A stretch of 64,000 nucleotides of DNA from Candidatus Limnocylindrales bacterium. Lineage in GTDB: Bacteria > Chloroflexota > Limnocylindria > Limnocylindrales > CSP1-4. Every line of letters begins with the position of its first letter. The stretch's first letter is position 1. Made by a program: the position numbers and the translations under genes. This document shows positions 9,294 through 18,719 of the stretch, one piece after another. The stretch lies in assembly GCA_038230295.1 (NCBI GenBank), contig JBBRNM010000001.1, forward strand, positions 27,745 through 91,744, written 5' to 3'. The notes beneath the pieces are model-generated. The model ran no database searches. It had not been told where the DNA came from and saw only the letters and a list, made by a program, of their open reading frames with translations.

Positions 9294-9755
9294 ATGACGG
9301 CTGTGACGAAGATCGATCCCTGGGGCTCGATCCGGGACCTCCTCCACGACCGGGGGATGCGCTGGACGCCCCAGCGACGCACGTTGATCGAGGTCCTGTC
9401 CAGGGCCGATGGCCACGTGGGTGGCGCCGACCTCGTCGAGCGCTGCCGGGCGATCGATCCGACGACGACCCCGTCGACGGTGTACCGCACGCTCGACGTG
9501 CTCGAGGACCTCGGCTTCATCCGCCACGGCCACGGCGCCGACGGCCGCGAGGAGTTCCACGTCCTGCCGACGCGCGACCACGGCCACCTCCACTGCGGCG
9601 CCTGTGGCCAGACCTGGGAGCTCGGCGAGGGCGAAGCCCAGGGCATGGTCGATGCGCTGCGCGGGAAGCGCGGCTTCGAGGTCGACCTGTCCCACGTGAC
9701 GATCGTGGGGCGGTGCGCCGACTGCGCGGCGGCCGAGGGCGCGCGAAAGGACTGA
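9294..9755 (+). CDS. Fur-family metalloregulator (Nur/Zur-like)
   Basis: 153-aa Fur-family protein with a winged-helix N-terminus and a HGH…H.H…C..C metal-site pattern (HGHGADG…HLHCGACG…CADC). It is divergent from the Ni/Co permease. Confidence 0.8.
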   Translation: MTAVTKIDPWGSIRDLLHDRGMRWTPQRRTLIEVLSRADGHVGGADLVERCRAIDPTTTPSTVYRTLDVLEDLGFIRHGHGADGREEFHVLPTRDHGHLHCGACGQTWELGEGEAQGMVDALRGKRGFEVDLSHVTIVGRCADCAAAEGARKD

Positions 9756-9763
9756 TTCGGCTT

Positions 9764-9782
9764 GTGACACGCTAGGTGTCAC
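9764..9782. promoter_or_regulatory. perfect inverted repeat GTGACAC-N5-GTGTCAC between the fur-family stop and the PD-(D/E)xK gene start
   Basis: Seen directly. It lies 9 nt after the fur stop and 22 nt before the ATG at 9805, and is followed by the palindrome CGGGCGCCCG. No U-tract follows, so it could be an operator or an intrinsic-terminator-like hairpin. Confidence 0.35.
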
Positions 9783-9804
9783 GGGCGCCCGTGAGGATCC
9801 GGGC

Positions 9805-11055
9805 ATGGAAGCGAGAGTCGTCACCTTTCCGGGGCGCCAGGAGGCGTCGGTCCGCGTGCATCCGGACCGGATCGTCATCGAGCGCGTCGTGCTCCCAGAT
9901 CCGGCCCTTGCGGCCTGGCTCGGCGCGCAGCCGGCCGACGACCACGCGGTCCTCGTCGAGCGCGCCATTCGCATCGGGCTGACGGCGCTCCAGAGCGTCG
10001 GCGTGACGCTGAACGTGGATGCCGTCCGCTCGGAGTTCGAGCGATTCGCCGAGCAGAACGCCTCCGCGAACGAGAAGGCGGCGGCCGCGCTGGAACAGGT
10101 CCTCCGCTCCAACTTCGCGGATGGCGACGGCCGGCTGCCCCGGACACTCGAGACATTCCTCGGCGACCGCGGCAAGCTCCGCTCGATGGTCGAGGAGCTG
10201 TTCGACCCCACCCGCCGCGACTCGGCGATCGGCCGGATCTCCGGGATGCTCGAGACCTACTTCGACGGGGATGCATCGCGGCTCGCGACGCTGCTCGATC
10301 CGACCCGGCTCGGCTCGCCGCTCCACCAGTTCCGGCTCGAGGTCTCAGAGGGATTCCGGGCGCTCCAGGAGAAGCTCGTCGCCATCGAAGCCGCCCAGAA
10401 CGCCCGTGCGGGAGAGCGGTCGAAATCCGCCGCGAAGGGCGCCGATTTCGAGGACCTGCTCGAGGCCGAGCTCGGCGAGATGGCCCGCGGCGCCAACGAC
10501 CTCCTCGAGCGCTGCGGCACCGACGCGGGCGACGCTGGCCGCTCGAAGAAGGGCGACTTCGTGCTCACGCTCGACCCGGACCTCACCCGCGGCCAGGAGC
10601 TGCGAATCGTCGTCGAGGCCAAGGACCGCAAGGTCTCGGGCCGCGAGATGCGCGAAGAGCTGCGCGCGGCCAAGACCAACCGCGACGCGGCCGTTGGGCT
10701 GGTCGTCTTCACGCCGCAACACGCGCCGGCGGGAATCGCGCCGTTCGACGTCCGTGCCGGGGACGTCTACGTGGTCCTCGACCCGGCCGATCCGGACCCC
10801 GCCGCTCTCCATGCCGCCGTCCGTCTCGCGCGCCTGCTGGCGCTCGCCTCGCTGCGCGAGTCCGAGGCTGAGCTCGACGTCGCCGCGGTCAAGGAAGCGC
10901 TCACGGGCATCCGGGAGGCGATGGAGGCCGTTCGGGCGATGAAGGTCCAGCTGACGAACATCGGCACCAGCTCCGCGGGCATCTCGGCCACGCTCGACAA
11001 GCTTCGGGAGGCCGTGCTCGCCTGGCTTGCCCGCGCCGAACGGGAGCTCGCCTGA
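9805..11055 (+). CDS. uncharacterised protein with a C-terminal PD-(D/E)xK nuclease-like motif (RmuC-like pattern GDFVLTLDPD…ELRIVVEAKDRK)
   Basis: 416 aa with a GAGGA SD before the ATG. The N-terminal two-thirds is helical. The C-terminal block has a D…(E)xK arrangement resembling RmuC/restriction-endonuclease-fold proteins. The gene sits immediately upstream of ku-ligD. Confidence 0.6.
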   Translation: MEARVVTFPGRQEASVRVHPDRIVIERVVLPDPALAAWLGAQPADDHAVLVERAIRIGLTALQSVGVTLNVDAVRSEFERFAEQNASANEKAAAALEQVLRSNFADGDGRLPRTLETFLGDRGKLRSMVEELFDPTRRDSAIGRISGMLETYFDGDASRLATLLDPTRLGSPLHQFRLEVSEGFRALQEKLVAIEAAQNARAGERSKSAAKGADFEDLLEAELGEMARGANDLLERCGTDAGDAGRSKKGDFVLTLDPDLTRGQELRIVVEAKDRKVSGREMREELRAAKTNRDAAVGLVVFTPQHAPAGIAPFDVRAGDVYVVLDPADPDPAALHAAVRLARLLALASLRESEAELDVAAVKEALTGIREAMEAVRAMKVQLTNIGTSSAGISATLDKLREAVLAWLARAERELA

Positions 11056-11236
11056 CGCACTGAGCGGCTCATCCGGGCGTTGGCGGCTTCGCTGAGCTCG
11101 CCCAGCGCGCCGGCGGGGGCATGCTGTCTCACGCTCGTAAGGCAGAGCGCATCCCGATTCGGGTCGATCGTTTGGCCGCGGGTGGTATGGTCGCGACCGG
11201 CTCGCGGGCAAGCGGCGAGCGTCGAGCACGAGGGCA

Positions 11237-12205
11237 ATGTCCGTGGCGCGCTCCATGTGGAAGGGGGCCATCCAGTTCGGCCTCGTCACGATCCCGGTGA
11301 AGCTGTACCTCGCGACGGAGTCGCGGGCCGGCGTCAGCTTCAACATGCTCCACGAGAAGGACCTGTCCCGGATCCAGATGAAGATCTGGTGCCCCGAGGA
11401 CGAGGAGGTCATTCCCCGGACCGACACCGTCAAGGGCTTCGAGTACGCGCCCGGCAAGTACGTCGTCATCACCGACGAGGACCTCGAGAAGCTGCCACTC
11501 AAGACGGTCCGCTCGATCGAGATCGAGCAGTTCGTGCCATCCGACGAGGCCGAGACCCACACGAAGTTCGTCAAGCAGGCGTACTACCTCGAGCCCGACA
11601 AGATCGGTCGGAAGGCGTTTGCGCTCCTCAAGGAGGTGCTCGCCGACAAAGGCCTGACCGCGATCTGCAAGATCGTCATCCGCGACCGCGAGGCGCTCGC
11701 GGCGCTTGACCCGTTCCAGAACACGATGCTGCTCTCGACCCTCTACTGGCCCGACGAGATCCGCGCCCTGGGCGAGCTGGACCTGCCGGCAAAGGAACAG
11801 GAGGTCAAGCCGGCCGAGAAGAAGATGGCCGCGCAGCTCATCGAGGCCATGACCGGCGAGTTCGATCCCGCGGCCTACCGCGACGAATACCGCGAGGCCC
11901 TGATGCATGTCATCGAGTCGAAGGTCGAGGGCCGCGAGACCGTCAGCGTGGCCGCGCCCGAGGAATCCACGAACCTCGTCGATCTCATGGCCGCCCTCCA
12001 GGCGAGCGTCAAGGCCGCGACGAGCGCGCGGGACGCGAAGGCGGAGAAGCCCGTCTCCGTCGCCGAAGCGAAGGCACGCAAGGCCGCCGGCGAGCCGGCC
12101 GGCGGCGCGCGGCCCCCGACGCGAGCGGCCGCAAAGACGACCCGGCCCGCGGCGCGCGACGAGGCAGACGAGGAGCGGCCGGCGCGTAAGCGCAAGAGCG
12201 CCTGA
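11237..12205 (+). CDS. ku: Ku protein (non-homologous end-joining DNA-end binding)
   Basis: Canonical N-terminus …MWKGAIQFGLVTIPVKLY… and a basic Lys/Ala-rich C-terminal tail. It is 322 aa. Confidence 0.92.
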   Translation: MSVARSMWKGAIQFGLVTIPVKLYLATESRAGVSFNMLHEKDLSRIQMKIWCPEDEEVIPRTDTVKGFEYAPGKYVVITDEDLEKLPLKTVRSIEIEQFVPSDEAETHTKFVKQAYYLEPDKIGRKAFALLKEVLADKGLTAICKIVIRDREALAALDPFQNTMLLSTLYWPDEIRALGELDLPAKEQEVKPAEKKMAAQLIEAMTGEFDPAAYRDEYREALMHVIESKVEGRETVSVAAPEESTNLVDLMAALQASVKAATSARDAKAEKPVSVAEAKARKAAGEPAGGARPPTRAAAKTTRPAARDEADEERPARKRKSA

Positions 12206-12217
12206 GCCGGCGGTCGC

Positions 12218-14977
12218 ATGCCGCTGAAGGAATACCAGCGCAAGCGGGATTTCAAGAAGACCCCCGAGCCGGCGGGCGGGCAGCCGGCTGAGTCGATCGC
12301 CGGTCGCGGCGGTCGCTTCGTCGTCCAGCGCCATCGGGCGACGCGGCTCCACTACGACTTCCGGCTCGAGATCGACGGCGTGCTCGTCTCGTGGGCCGTG
12401 CCCAAGGGGCCGACGCTCGATCCGAAGCAGCGACGGATGGCCGTGCATGTCGAGGATCACCCGATCGAGTACCTCGACTTCGAGGGCGCGATCCCGAAAG
12501 GCGAGTACGGCGGCGGCGACGTCATCGTCTGGGACTGGGGCACCTGGACCCCAGAGGCGGAAACGCCCGACCCGGCGAATGCGATCGAGGACGGCGAGCT
12601 CAAGTTCGCACTCCGCGGCGAGAAGCTCAAGGGCCGCTTCACGATCGTGCGGACGAGCGGGCGCGGTCGGAAAGGCGGCTCGGCTCGGGCGTTCGAGGAC
12701 GACGAGGGTGACCAGTGGCTCCTCATCCACAAGCGCGACGAGGGCTCCGTCGATGGCTGGGACGCCGAGGATCATCCGAAGAGCGTCAAAACCGGCCGCA
12801 CGAACGACGAGGTGAAGGCGGACCGGGATGCGATCTGGATGAGCGCGGCGCCCGCGGCCACGGCCGAGATCGACTTGAGCGCGGCGAAGACCGAGAAGAT
12901 GCCGACGTTCATCGAGCCGATGGCGGCGACCCTGACGGACCGCGCCTTCGACGACGAGGATTGGCTGTTCGAGGTGAAGTGGGACGGCTACCGGATCGAG
13001 GCCGTCGTTCGGAATGGAACGGCGAAGATCTTCACCCGCCACGGCAAGGACGGCGAGACGTACTTTCCGAGGCTCCTCAGCCCAGCGACGTGGATCGACG
13101 CGACCGAGGCCATCGTCGACGGCGAGGTGGTCGCGCTTGGCGAGGACGGCCTGCCGAGCTTCTCGCTCCTGCAGGAGCTGACCGGCACGCAATCACCGCA
13201 TCTCATCTACCAGGCGTTCGACCTGCTCTATCTCGATGGTCGATCCCTCCTGAACGTGCCGCTCCAGGATCGCAAGCGCCTGCTGACGATGGTCCTCCGC
13301 GGCGTTGATCGCCGGGTCCGCTACGCCGACCACGTCCTCGGTGAGGGCAAGGCCTTCATGGACGCCGCCGCCAAGCAGGATCTCGAGGGCATCATCGCCA
13401 AGCACCGGACGTCGCCGTACCTGCCCGGCGTCCGGTCGAAGACGTGGCTCAAGATCAAGCATCGCCCGGAGCAGGAGCTCGTCGTCGGTGGCTTTACCCC
13501 CGGCGAGGGCGCCGCGACAGAGCTCGGGGCGATCGTCGTCGGGTATTACGAAAAGGAGGGCCGCAAGCGCCGGCTCCACTTCGCCGGTAAGGTCGGCTCG
13601 GGGTTCAACGCAGTCATGCGGCGCCGGATCAGGGCGCGCCTGGAGCCGCTCGCGATCCCGGACCCGCTATTCGATCCGCCGCTGCCGAAGGATTACAAGG
13701 GCCGCTGGGGCGGCGATCTCAAGAACGTGATCTGGGTCAAGCCCGAGGTCGTCATCCGCGCCGAGCTCGGCGGCTGGACCCGCGACGGCATCGTCCGCCA
13801 GGCGGCCTTCAAGGGCTTCGACGACACCGGCAAGCCAGCCATTGAGGTCGTCCGCGAGCAACCCGTCCCGGCAACGGCGACGGTCGCAGCGGTCGACGCC
13901 GAGCTGCCGGATTCGAAGGCCGGAGTGGCAGCGCGCCCGTCGAAGGCCTCCTCCGCACGGCCGACCAAGGTCGAGCACGAGTTCGCCTGGGAGGCAACCC
14001 CGGAGGAGCTGGCGGCGCTCGACGCGATGCAGAAAGACGGCACCTGGACGGTCGGAGGCTTCGAGCTGAAGCTGACGAACCTCGACAAGCCGCTGTTCCC
14101 GGCGCGAGGCGGCGAGCCCGAGCCCGATGGGTCCGCGCCGAAAAAGGGCGCCCTACCGTCGTCCGTAACGAAACGCGAGCTTATCCGCTACTTCGTCCGG
14201 ATCGCCCCGGCGATGCTCCCGCATCTCGCGGAGCGACCCCTCAACCTCCATCGCTTTCCGAACGGACCCGACGGGCCCGGGTTCTGGCAGAAGGACATCC
14301 CATCGACCGCGCCGACGTGGCTCCGGCGCTGGCACGAGGTCGGCGTCGAGGCGCGCGAGGCGAACGAGCACCTGATCGCGGACCGTGTCGCCGCGCTCGC
14401 CTGGCTCGGCAACCAGGCCGCCTTCGAAGTTCACGCCTGGACGAGCCGTCTCGAGGATCCGGCCCGGCCCACCTTTGCTCTCATTGACATCGATCCCGGC
14501 GAGAAGACGACCTGGGACGAGACGCTGACCCTCGCCCGGCTTTATCGGACCGCCCTGGGTCACCTCTCGGTCCGCGGTTACCCGAAGACGACGGGCCGGC
14601 GCGGCGTCCAGGTCTGGATCCCGATCGTCCCGAAGTACACGTTCGCCGACACGAGCGCCTGGGTCGAGAAGCTGTCCCGCGCAGTTGGGCAGATCGTGCC
14701 GGATCTCGTCTCCTGGGAATGGTCGAAGGACCGTCGCCAGGGCCGAGCCCGCCTCGACTACACCCAGAACGCGACGATCAAGACCCTCGTCGCGCCCTAC
14801 GCCGTGCGACCCGCGGCGGGTGCGCCGGTCTCGACCCCGATCGCCTGGGACGAGCTCGACGATCCCGAGCTTCGCAGCGACCGCTGGACGATCCGGACGG
14901 TCGTGAACCGCGTGAGCCGGGTCGGTGACCTGTTCGCGGCGGCCCAGACCGACGCCCAGGAGCTGCCGCCGATCTGA
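12218..14977 (+). CDS. ligD: multidomain ATP-dependent DNA ligase LigD (phosphoesterase - ligase - polymerase/primase order)
   Basis: The N-terminal PE domain carries HYDFRLE, the ligase domain carries the adenylation motif EVKWDGYR, and the C-terminus is LigD-Pol-like. The gene is 919 aa and starts 12 nt after ku. Confidence 0.92.
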   Translation: MPLKEYQRKRDFKKTPEPAGGQPAESIAGRGGRFVVQRHRATRLHYDFRLEIDGVLVSWAVPKGPTLDPKQRRMAVHVEDHPIEYLDFEGAIPKGEYGGGDVIVWDWGTWTPEAETPDPANAIEDGELKFALRGEKLKGRFTIVRTSGRGRKGGSARAFEDDEGDQWLLIHKRDEGSVDGWDAEDHPKSVKTGRTNDEVKADRDAIWMSAAPAATAEIDLSAAKTEKMPTFIEPMAATLTDRAFDDEDWLFEVKWDGYRIEAVVRNGTAKIFTRHGKDGETYFPRLLSPATWIDATEAIVDGEVVALGEDGLPSFSLLQELTGTQSPHLIYQAFDLLYLDGRSLLNVPLQDRKRLLTMVLRGVDRRVRYADHVLGEGKAFMDAAAKQDLEGIIAKHRTSPYLPGVRSKTWLKIKHRPEQELVVGGFTPGEGAATELGAIVVGYYEKEGRKRRLHFAGKVGSGFNAVMRRRIRARLEPLAIPDPLFDPPLPKDYKGRWGGDLKNVIWVKPEVVIRAELGGWTRDGIVRQAAFKGFDDTGKPAIEVVREQPVPATATVAAVDAELPDSKAGVAARPSKASSARPTKVEHEFAWEATPEELAALDAMQKDGTWTVGGFELKLTNLDKPLFPARGGEPEPDGSAPKKGALPSSVTKRELIRYFVRIAPAMLPHLAERPLNLHRFPNGPDGPGFWQKDIPSTAPTWLRRWHEVGVEAREANEHLIADRVAALAWLGNQAAFEVHAWTSRLEDPARPTFALIDIDPGEKTTWDETLTLARLYRTALGHLSVRGYPKTTGRRGVQVWIPIVPKYTFADTSAWVEKLSRAVGQIVPDLVSWEWSKDRRQGRARLDYTQNATIKTLVAPYAVRPAAGAPVSTPIAWDELDDPELRSDRWTIRTVVNRVSRVGDLFAAAQTDAQELPPI

Positions 14978-14988
14978 GGTTCTGACGA

Positions 14989-15867
14989 TCAGACGAGTGG
15001 CAGAACCTCGGCGACGAAGCGATCGACGGCCCGTGTCAGGCCTCCCGGGTCACGCTCGGGGAATGCGAGTGCCAGATGGTCGACGCCGGCCTCGGCGAAG
15101 GCTCGGATCTCGCCGGCCGCCTCCGGCGGGCTGCCGTGCATCGTGTAGACGCCGGCGCGGGCCGGCCGATCGAGCTCGACGCGGACGCGAGATGACAGGC
15201 GCGGCATCCGTCGACCAGCGGCTTTCGCGGCGGCGCGCATGACGGGCGCCTTGTCCGCTATCGAGGCTGGCCCGATCGCCGAGGCGTGATACGCGTCCGC
15301 GACCCGGCCGGCTCGCTGCAGTGCAGCGTCGCTCCGGCCGCCGAGCCAGATCGGCACCCTGGATCCTTGCGGTGGCAACGGCCCGAACACGAAGTCGTCG
15401 AACGCGTGGAATGTGCCGTCGAAGGGCTCATGGCTGCCGGACCAGAGATGGCGGAAGAGGGCGATCGCCTCCTCAAGATAGGCGCCACGAGCATGAAACT
15501 TGTCGTGAACGCCGAGGTTCTGGAACTCCTGCTCGCTCCAGCCGGCCCCCAGCCCGACGATCAGGCGACCATTCGAGAGGTCGTCGATCGTCGCGAGCTC
15601 CTTCGCCAGCACGACCGCGTTGCGCATCGGCACGACGATCACGCTCGTCCCGATCCGGACCCGCTCGAACCGACCGGCAATCCAGGCGAGCAGCGTCAGG
15701 ATCTCGTAGATCCGGCCGTAGTCGTCGGCGGCGCTGGCGTCGACCAGCAGGTGGTCAGTGCCCCAGACCTCGCCGAAGCCATGCCGCTCGGCTGCTTCGC
15801 AGCCGGCCTCGAGGCCCTCGCGCGAGGAGCCCTCGCCCATCGCCGGCAACACGAGCCCGTAGTCCAT
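14989..15867 (-). CDS. LLM-class (luciferase-like) F420-dependent oxidoreductase
   Basis: 292 aa with a typical LLM TIM-barrel sequence (…GTDHLL…IGTSVIVVP…LGLGAGW…). Confidence 0.8.
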   Translation of the reverse strand: MDYGLVLPAMGEGSSREGLEAGCEAAERHGFGEVWGTDHLLVDASAADDYGRIYEILTLLAWIAGRFERVRIGTSVIVVPMRNAVVLAKELATIDDLSNGRLIVGLGAGWSEQEFQNLGVHDKFHARGAYLEEAIALFRHLWSGSHEPFDGTFHAFDDFVFGPLPPQGSRVPIWLGGRSDAALQRAGRVADAYHASAIGPASIADKAPVMRAAAKAAGRRMPRLSSRVRVELDRPARAGVYTMHGSPPEAAGEIRAFAEAGVDHLALAFPERDPGGLTRAVDRFVAEVLPLV

Positions 15868-15876
15868 CGGCAGATC

Positions 15877-16422
15877 CTAGCGCGCGGCGACGAACGGGAG
15901 GTCCAGGATGCCGAGGAGCGGCTCGCCGGTGGTCTGGCCGAGGCGGATGGCCCCGTCCCAATCTCGCTCGATCGTCAGCTCGACATCGTCGCGATCCGGA
16001 TGGTTCGGGTCGTAGATGCCGATGGCGATCCGGTCGGCAGCCTCCGCGTATCGAAACCCGACCACCTGGTGGCCGAGGCCGGTCGCGAGCGGGTTCCGGC
16101 CTGCCAGCCGGACGAGCCCGATCATCGAGAGACGTCCCGCGTCGATCTCGGCCCGGATGGCCGGCCAGGCCTCGCCGAGACTCATCCGCAGCCGTTCCCC
16201 GGGGCCCTGCGCCGACATCCGCCAGAAGCGGAACGGCACGACGACCAGGCGGTCGAACGAGTCGAGCTGACGATGGGCGATCTCGTCGAACAGCGGCGTT
16301 CCGGCCGCGGGCAGTGCCGAGTCCGCTGGAGGCAAACTCCCGCGATCGAACCGATCCCGGACCCCGAACGCCATGCCGCCGCACAGGCCTCGGCCGGCGT
16401 CGCCCAATCCGAGGCGAACCAT
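15877..16422 (-). CDS. hypothetical protein, possible papain-fold cysteine hydrolase (Cys in GLCGGMAFG, later His in LGHQVVGF and YDPNHP)
   Basis: The start is uncertain. The full ORF reaches 16719 but would overlap the YyaL gene. M100 was chosen to leave a roughly 97-nt lower-GC divergent intergenic region. Confidence 0.35.
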   Translation of the reverse strand: MVRLGLGDAGRGLCGGMAFGVRDRFDRGSLPPADSALPAAGTPLFDEIAHRQLDSFDRLVVVPFRFWRMSAQGPGERLRMSLGEAWPAIRAEIDAGRLSMIGLVRLAGRNPLATGLGHQVVGFRYAEAADRIAIGIYDPNHPDRDDVELTIERDWDGAIRLGQTTGEPLLGILDLPFVAAR

Positions 16423-16519
16423 GCCTGCGCCCCACCAGAACGCGGGGGTCGATGGCCAGCGGTTGGCGAAATGGAAGCCGTTCCGCGAGGGCAGGAAGTC
16501 GGGGACGGCATGGGATCCC

Positions 16520-18715
16520 ATGGCCGAAGGGTACCCACCACCGACTACCATCGAGCCCGTGACCGAGGCGCCACAGTCCCAACGGCACACCAACCGGCTG
16601 GCGAACGAGACCAGCCCGTACCTCCTCCAGCACGCGCACAACCCCGTCGACTGGTTCCCCTGGGGTCCCGACGCGCTGACGCGGGCGAAGCTGCTGGACC
16701 GGCCGATCTTCCTGTCCATTGGCTACGCGGCGTGCCACTGGTGCCACGTCATGGAGCGCGAGTCATTCGAAGATGAGGCGACTGCTGTATTCCTGAACGA
16801 TCACTTCATCGCGATCAAGGTCGACCGCGAGGAGCGGCCCGATCTGGACCAGGTGTACATGGGCGCCGTCCAGGCCCTCACAGGCGGAGGCGGCTGGCCG
16901 ATGTCGGTGTTCCTGACGCCCGAGGGCCGGCCGTTCTACGGCGGCACGTACTTCCCCGATACGCCGCGCCACGGCCTGCCGAGCTTCCGACAGCTGCTCG
17001 AGGGCATCGACCTCGCGTGGCGAACGCAGCGCGCCGAGCTCGAACAGACCGGGGTCCGCCTCGTGGCGGGCCTTGTTGCCGGGACGCGGACCGCGGCCTC
17101 TGAAGCGCCCGGTCCGGATCTCCTCGAACGAGCGGTCACGCTGATCGAGGGTTCCGCCGACGCCATCAACGGCGGCTGGGGCGGTGCGCCGAAGTTCCCG
17201 CAGCCGATGACGATCGAGCTGCTCCTCCGTCGCGCCGCGGCCGGCGAGTCACGAGCCCTGCCCGTCGCCCGGCGGGCGCTCGATCGAATGGCCGATGGCG
17301 GGATCCACGACCAGCTCGGCGGCGGCTTCCACCGCTATGCGACCGACGGGCGCTGGCTCGTCCCGCACTTCGAGCAGATGCTCTACGACAACGCCCAGCT
17401 CGCCCGGGTCTACCTGCACGCCTGGGCCCTGACCGGCGAGGTCCGCCATCGGACGGTCGCAATGGGTACGCTCGACTACCTCCTGCGCGAGCTGCGGACC
17501 GCCGACGGCGCCTTCGCTGCAAGCCAGGACGCGGACACGGGCGGCGTCGAGGGCGCGACATTCACGTGGCGGGCGGAGGAGATCCGCGGGGCGTTGGGCG
17601 AGGACGCGGCGCTCTTCTCGACGGCCTACGGGGTCACCGCGGGCGGCAACTGGGAGGGCGTCACGATCCTCTCCCGCGTGCGCACCGGCGCGGAGCTCGC
17701 CCAGCTGTACGGACTGCCGGTCCGGGAGGTCGAGGACCGGCTCGCCACGGCCCGGGAGCGCCTGCTCGCGCTCCGAGGTGACCGGCCGCAGCCCGCGCGA
17801 GATGACAAGGCGCTCGCCGCGTGGAACGGGCTCGCGATCGGTGCCCTCGCCGATGCCGCCCGGATGCTCGGGTTCGCGGCTGAAGCCGCGGGCGCCGACG
17901 GGGAGGGGGCCGCGGGCGGCGCGATTGCCGGGAATGCCACGTTGGCGGCTGCCGCCCGCCGATATCGCGAAGCGGCCGAGCAGGCGGTGACGACGATCCT
18001 CGACGGGCTCCTCAGCCCCGACGGCCGCCTGGGACGGTCCTGGAAGGACGGGCGGGTCTCGGGCCAGGGCGTCCTCGAGGACTACGCGAATCTCGCCGAC
18101 GGGCTGCTGGCCCTGTACGAGGCAACCTTCGAGGAGCGCTGGTTCACGGCCGCGCGCGGCCTGATGGACTCTGTGCTCACACGGTTCACCGACCCGGACG
18201 GCGGCTTCTTCGATACGGCGACCGACCACGAGCGGCTCGTGACCCGCCCGAAGGACAGCCAGGACAACGCGACGCCATCCGGCGGCGCGATGGCGACGTT
18301 CGTGCTGCTCCGGCTCGCTGCATTGACCGGCGACGGCGCGTATCGCACGGCCGCGGAACGGGCGATCGGTACGGTCACGCCGCTTGCGGTCCGCTACCCG
18401 ACGGCCTTCGCAATGTGGCTGCAGGCCATCGACCTCGCCCTGACGGATGTCGTCGAAGTCGCCGTCATCGGCGACCTCGCGGAGTCCGGCACGAGGGGGC
18501 TGCTTCGCGAGGCCTCGGCCGGCTACGCGCCCGGACGCGTCGTCGCTGCGACCGCGCTCGAGGGGCAGGCGAGCGCGATCCCGTTGCTCCACGATCGGCC
18601 TCCGCTCGGCGGCCGCCCGACGGCCTACGTCTGTCGCGGCTTCGCCTGCCGCACGCCGATCGCGGATGTCGCTGCGCTTCGGGCGCAGCTCGCCGAGCAG
18701 TCCGTGGCCCTGTGA
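16520..18715 (+). CDS. thioredoxin-domain protein YyaL (DUF255 plus a six-hairpin glycosidase-like domain)
   Basis: Conserved start region …[25 protein letters not shown]… and the [10 protein letters not shown] thioredoxin-like motif. The start codon is ambiguous (ATG 16520 sits in a CCATGG shared with the opposite-strand ORF; a GTG at about 16559 is also possible). Confidence 0.8.
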   Translation: MAEGYPPPTTIEPVTEAPQSQRHTNRLANETSPYLLQHAHNPVDWFPWGPDALTRAKLLDRPIFLSIGYAACHWCHVMERESFEDEATAVFLNDHFIAIKVDREERPDLDQVYMGAVQALTGGGGWPMSVFLTPEGRPFYGGTYFPDTPRHGLPSFRQLLEGIDLAWRTQRAELEQTGVRLVAGLVAGTRTAASEAPGPDLLERAVTLIEGSADAINGGWGGAPKFPQPMTIELLLRRAAAGESRALPVARRALDRMADGGIHDQLGGGFHRYATDGRWLVPHFEQMLYDNAQLARVYLHAWALTGEVRHRTVAMGTLDYLLRELRTADGAFAASQDADTGGVEGATFTWRAEEIRGALGEDAALFSTAYGVTAGGNWEGVTILSRVRTGAELAQLYGLPVREVEDRLATARERLLALRGDRPQPARDDKALAAWNGLAIGALADAARMLGFAAEAAGADGEGAAGGAIAGNATLAAAARRYREAAEQAVTTILDGLLSPDGRLGRSWKDGRVSGQGVLEDYANLADGLLALYEATFEERWFTAARGLMDSVLTRFTDPDGGFFDTATDHERLVTRPKDSQDNATPSGGAMATFVLLRLAALTGDGAYRTAAERAIGTVTPLAVRYPTAFAMWLQAIDLALTDVVEVAVIGDLAESGTRGLLREASAGYAPGRVVAATALEGQASAIPLLHDRPPLGGRPTAYVCRGFACRTPIADVAALRAQLAEQSVAL

Positions 18716-18719
18716 CCAC

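Noticed and set aside
11056-11236. LexA/Cheo box (TCGAAC-N4-GTTCGA) or mycobacterial RecA-NDp-like motif upstream of ku and upstream of lhr (22033-22130)
   Set aside because: No match to the LexA box in either region. Only a loose CTGTCGCTGA similarity to the PafBC-type motif lies upstream of lhr, which is too weak to call.
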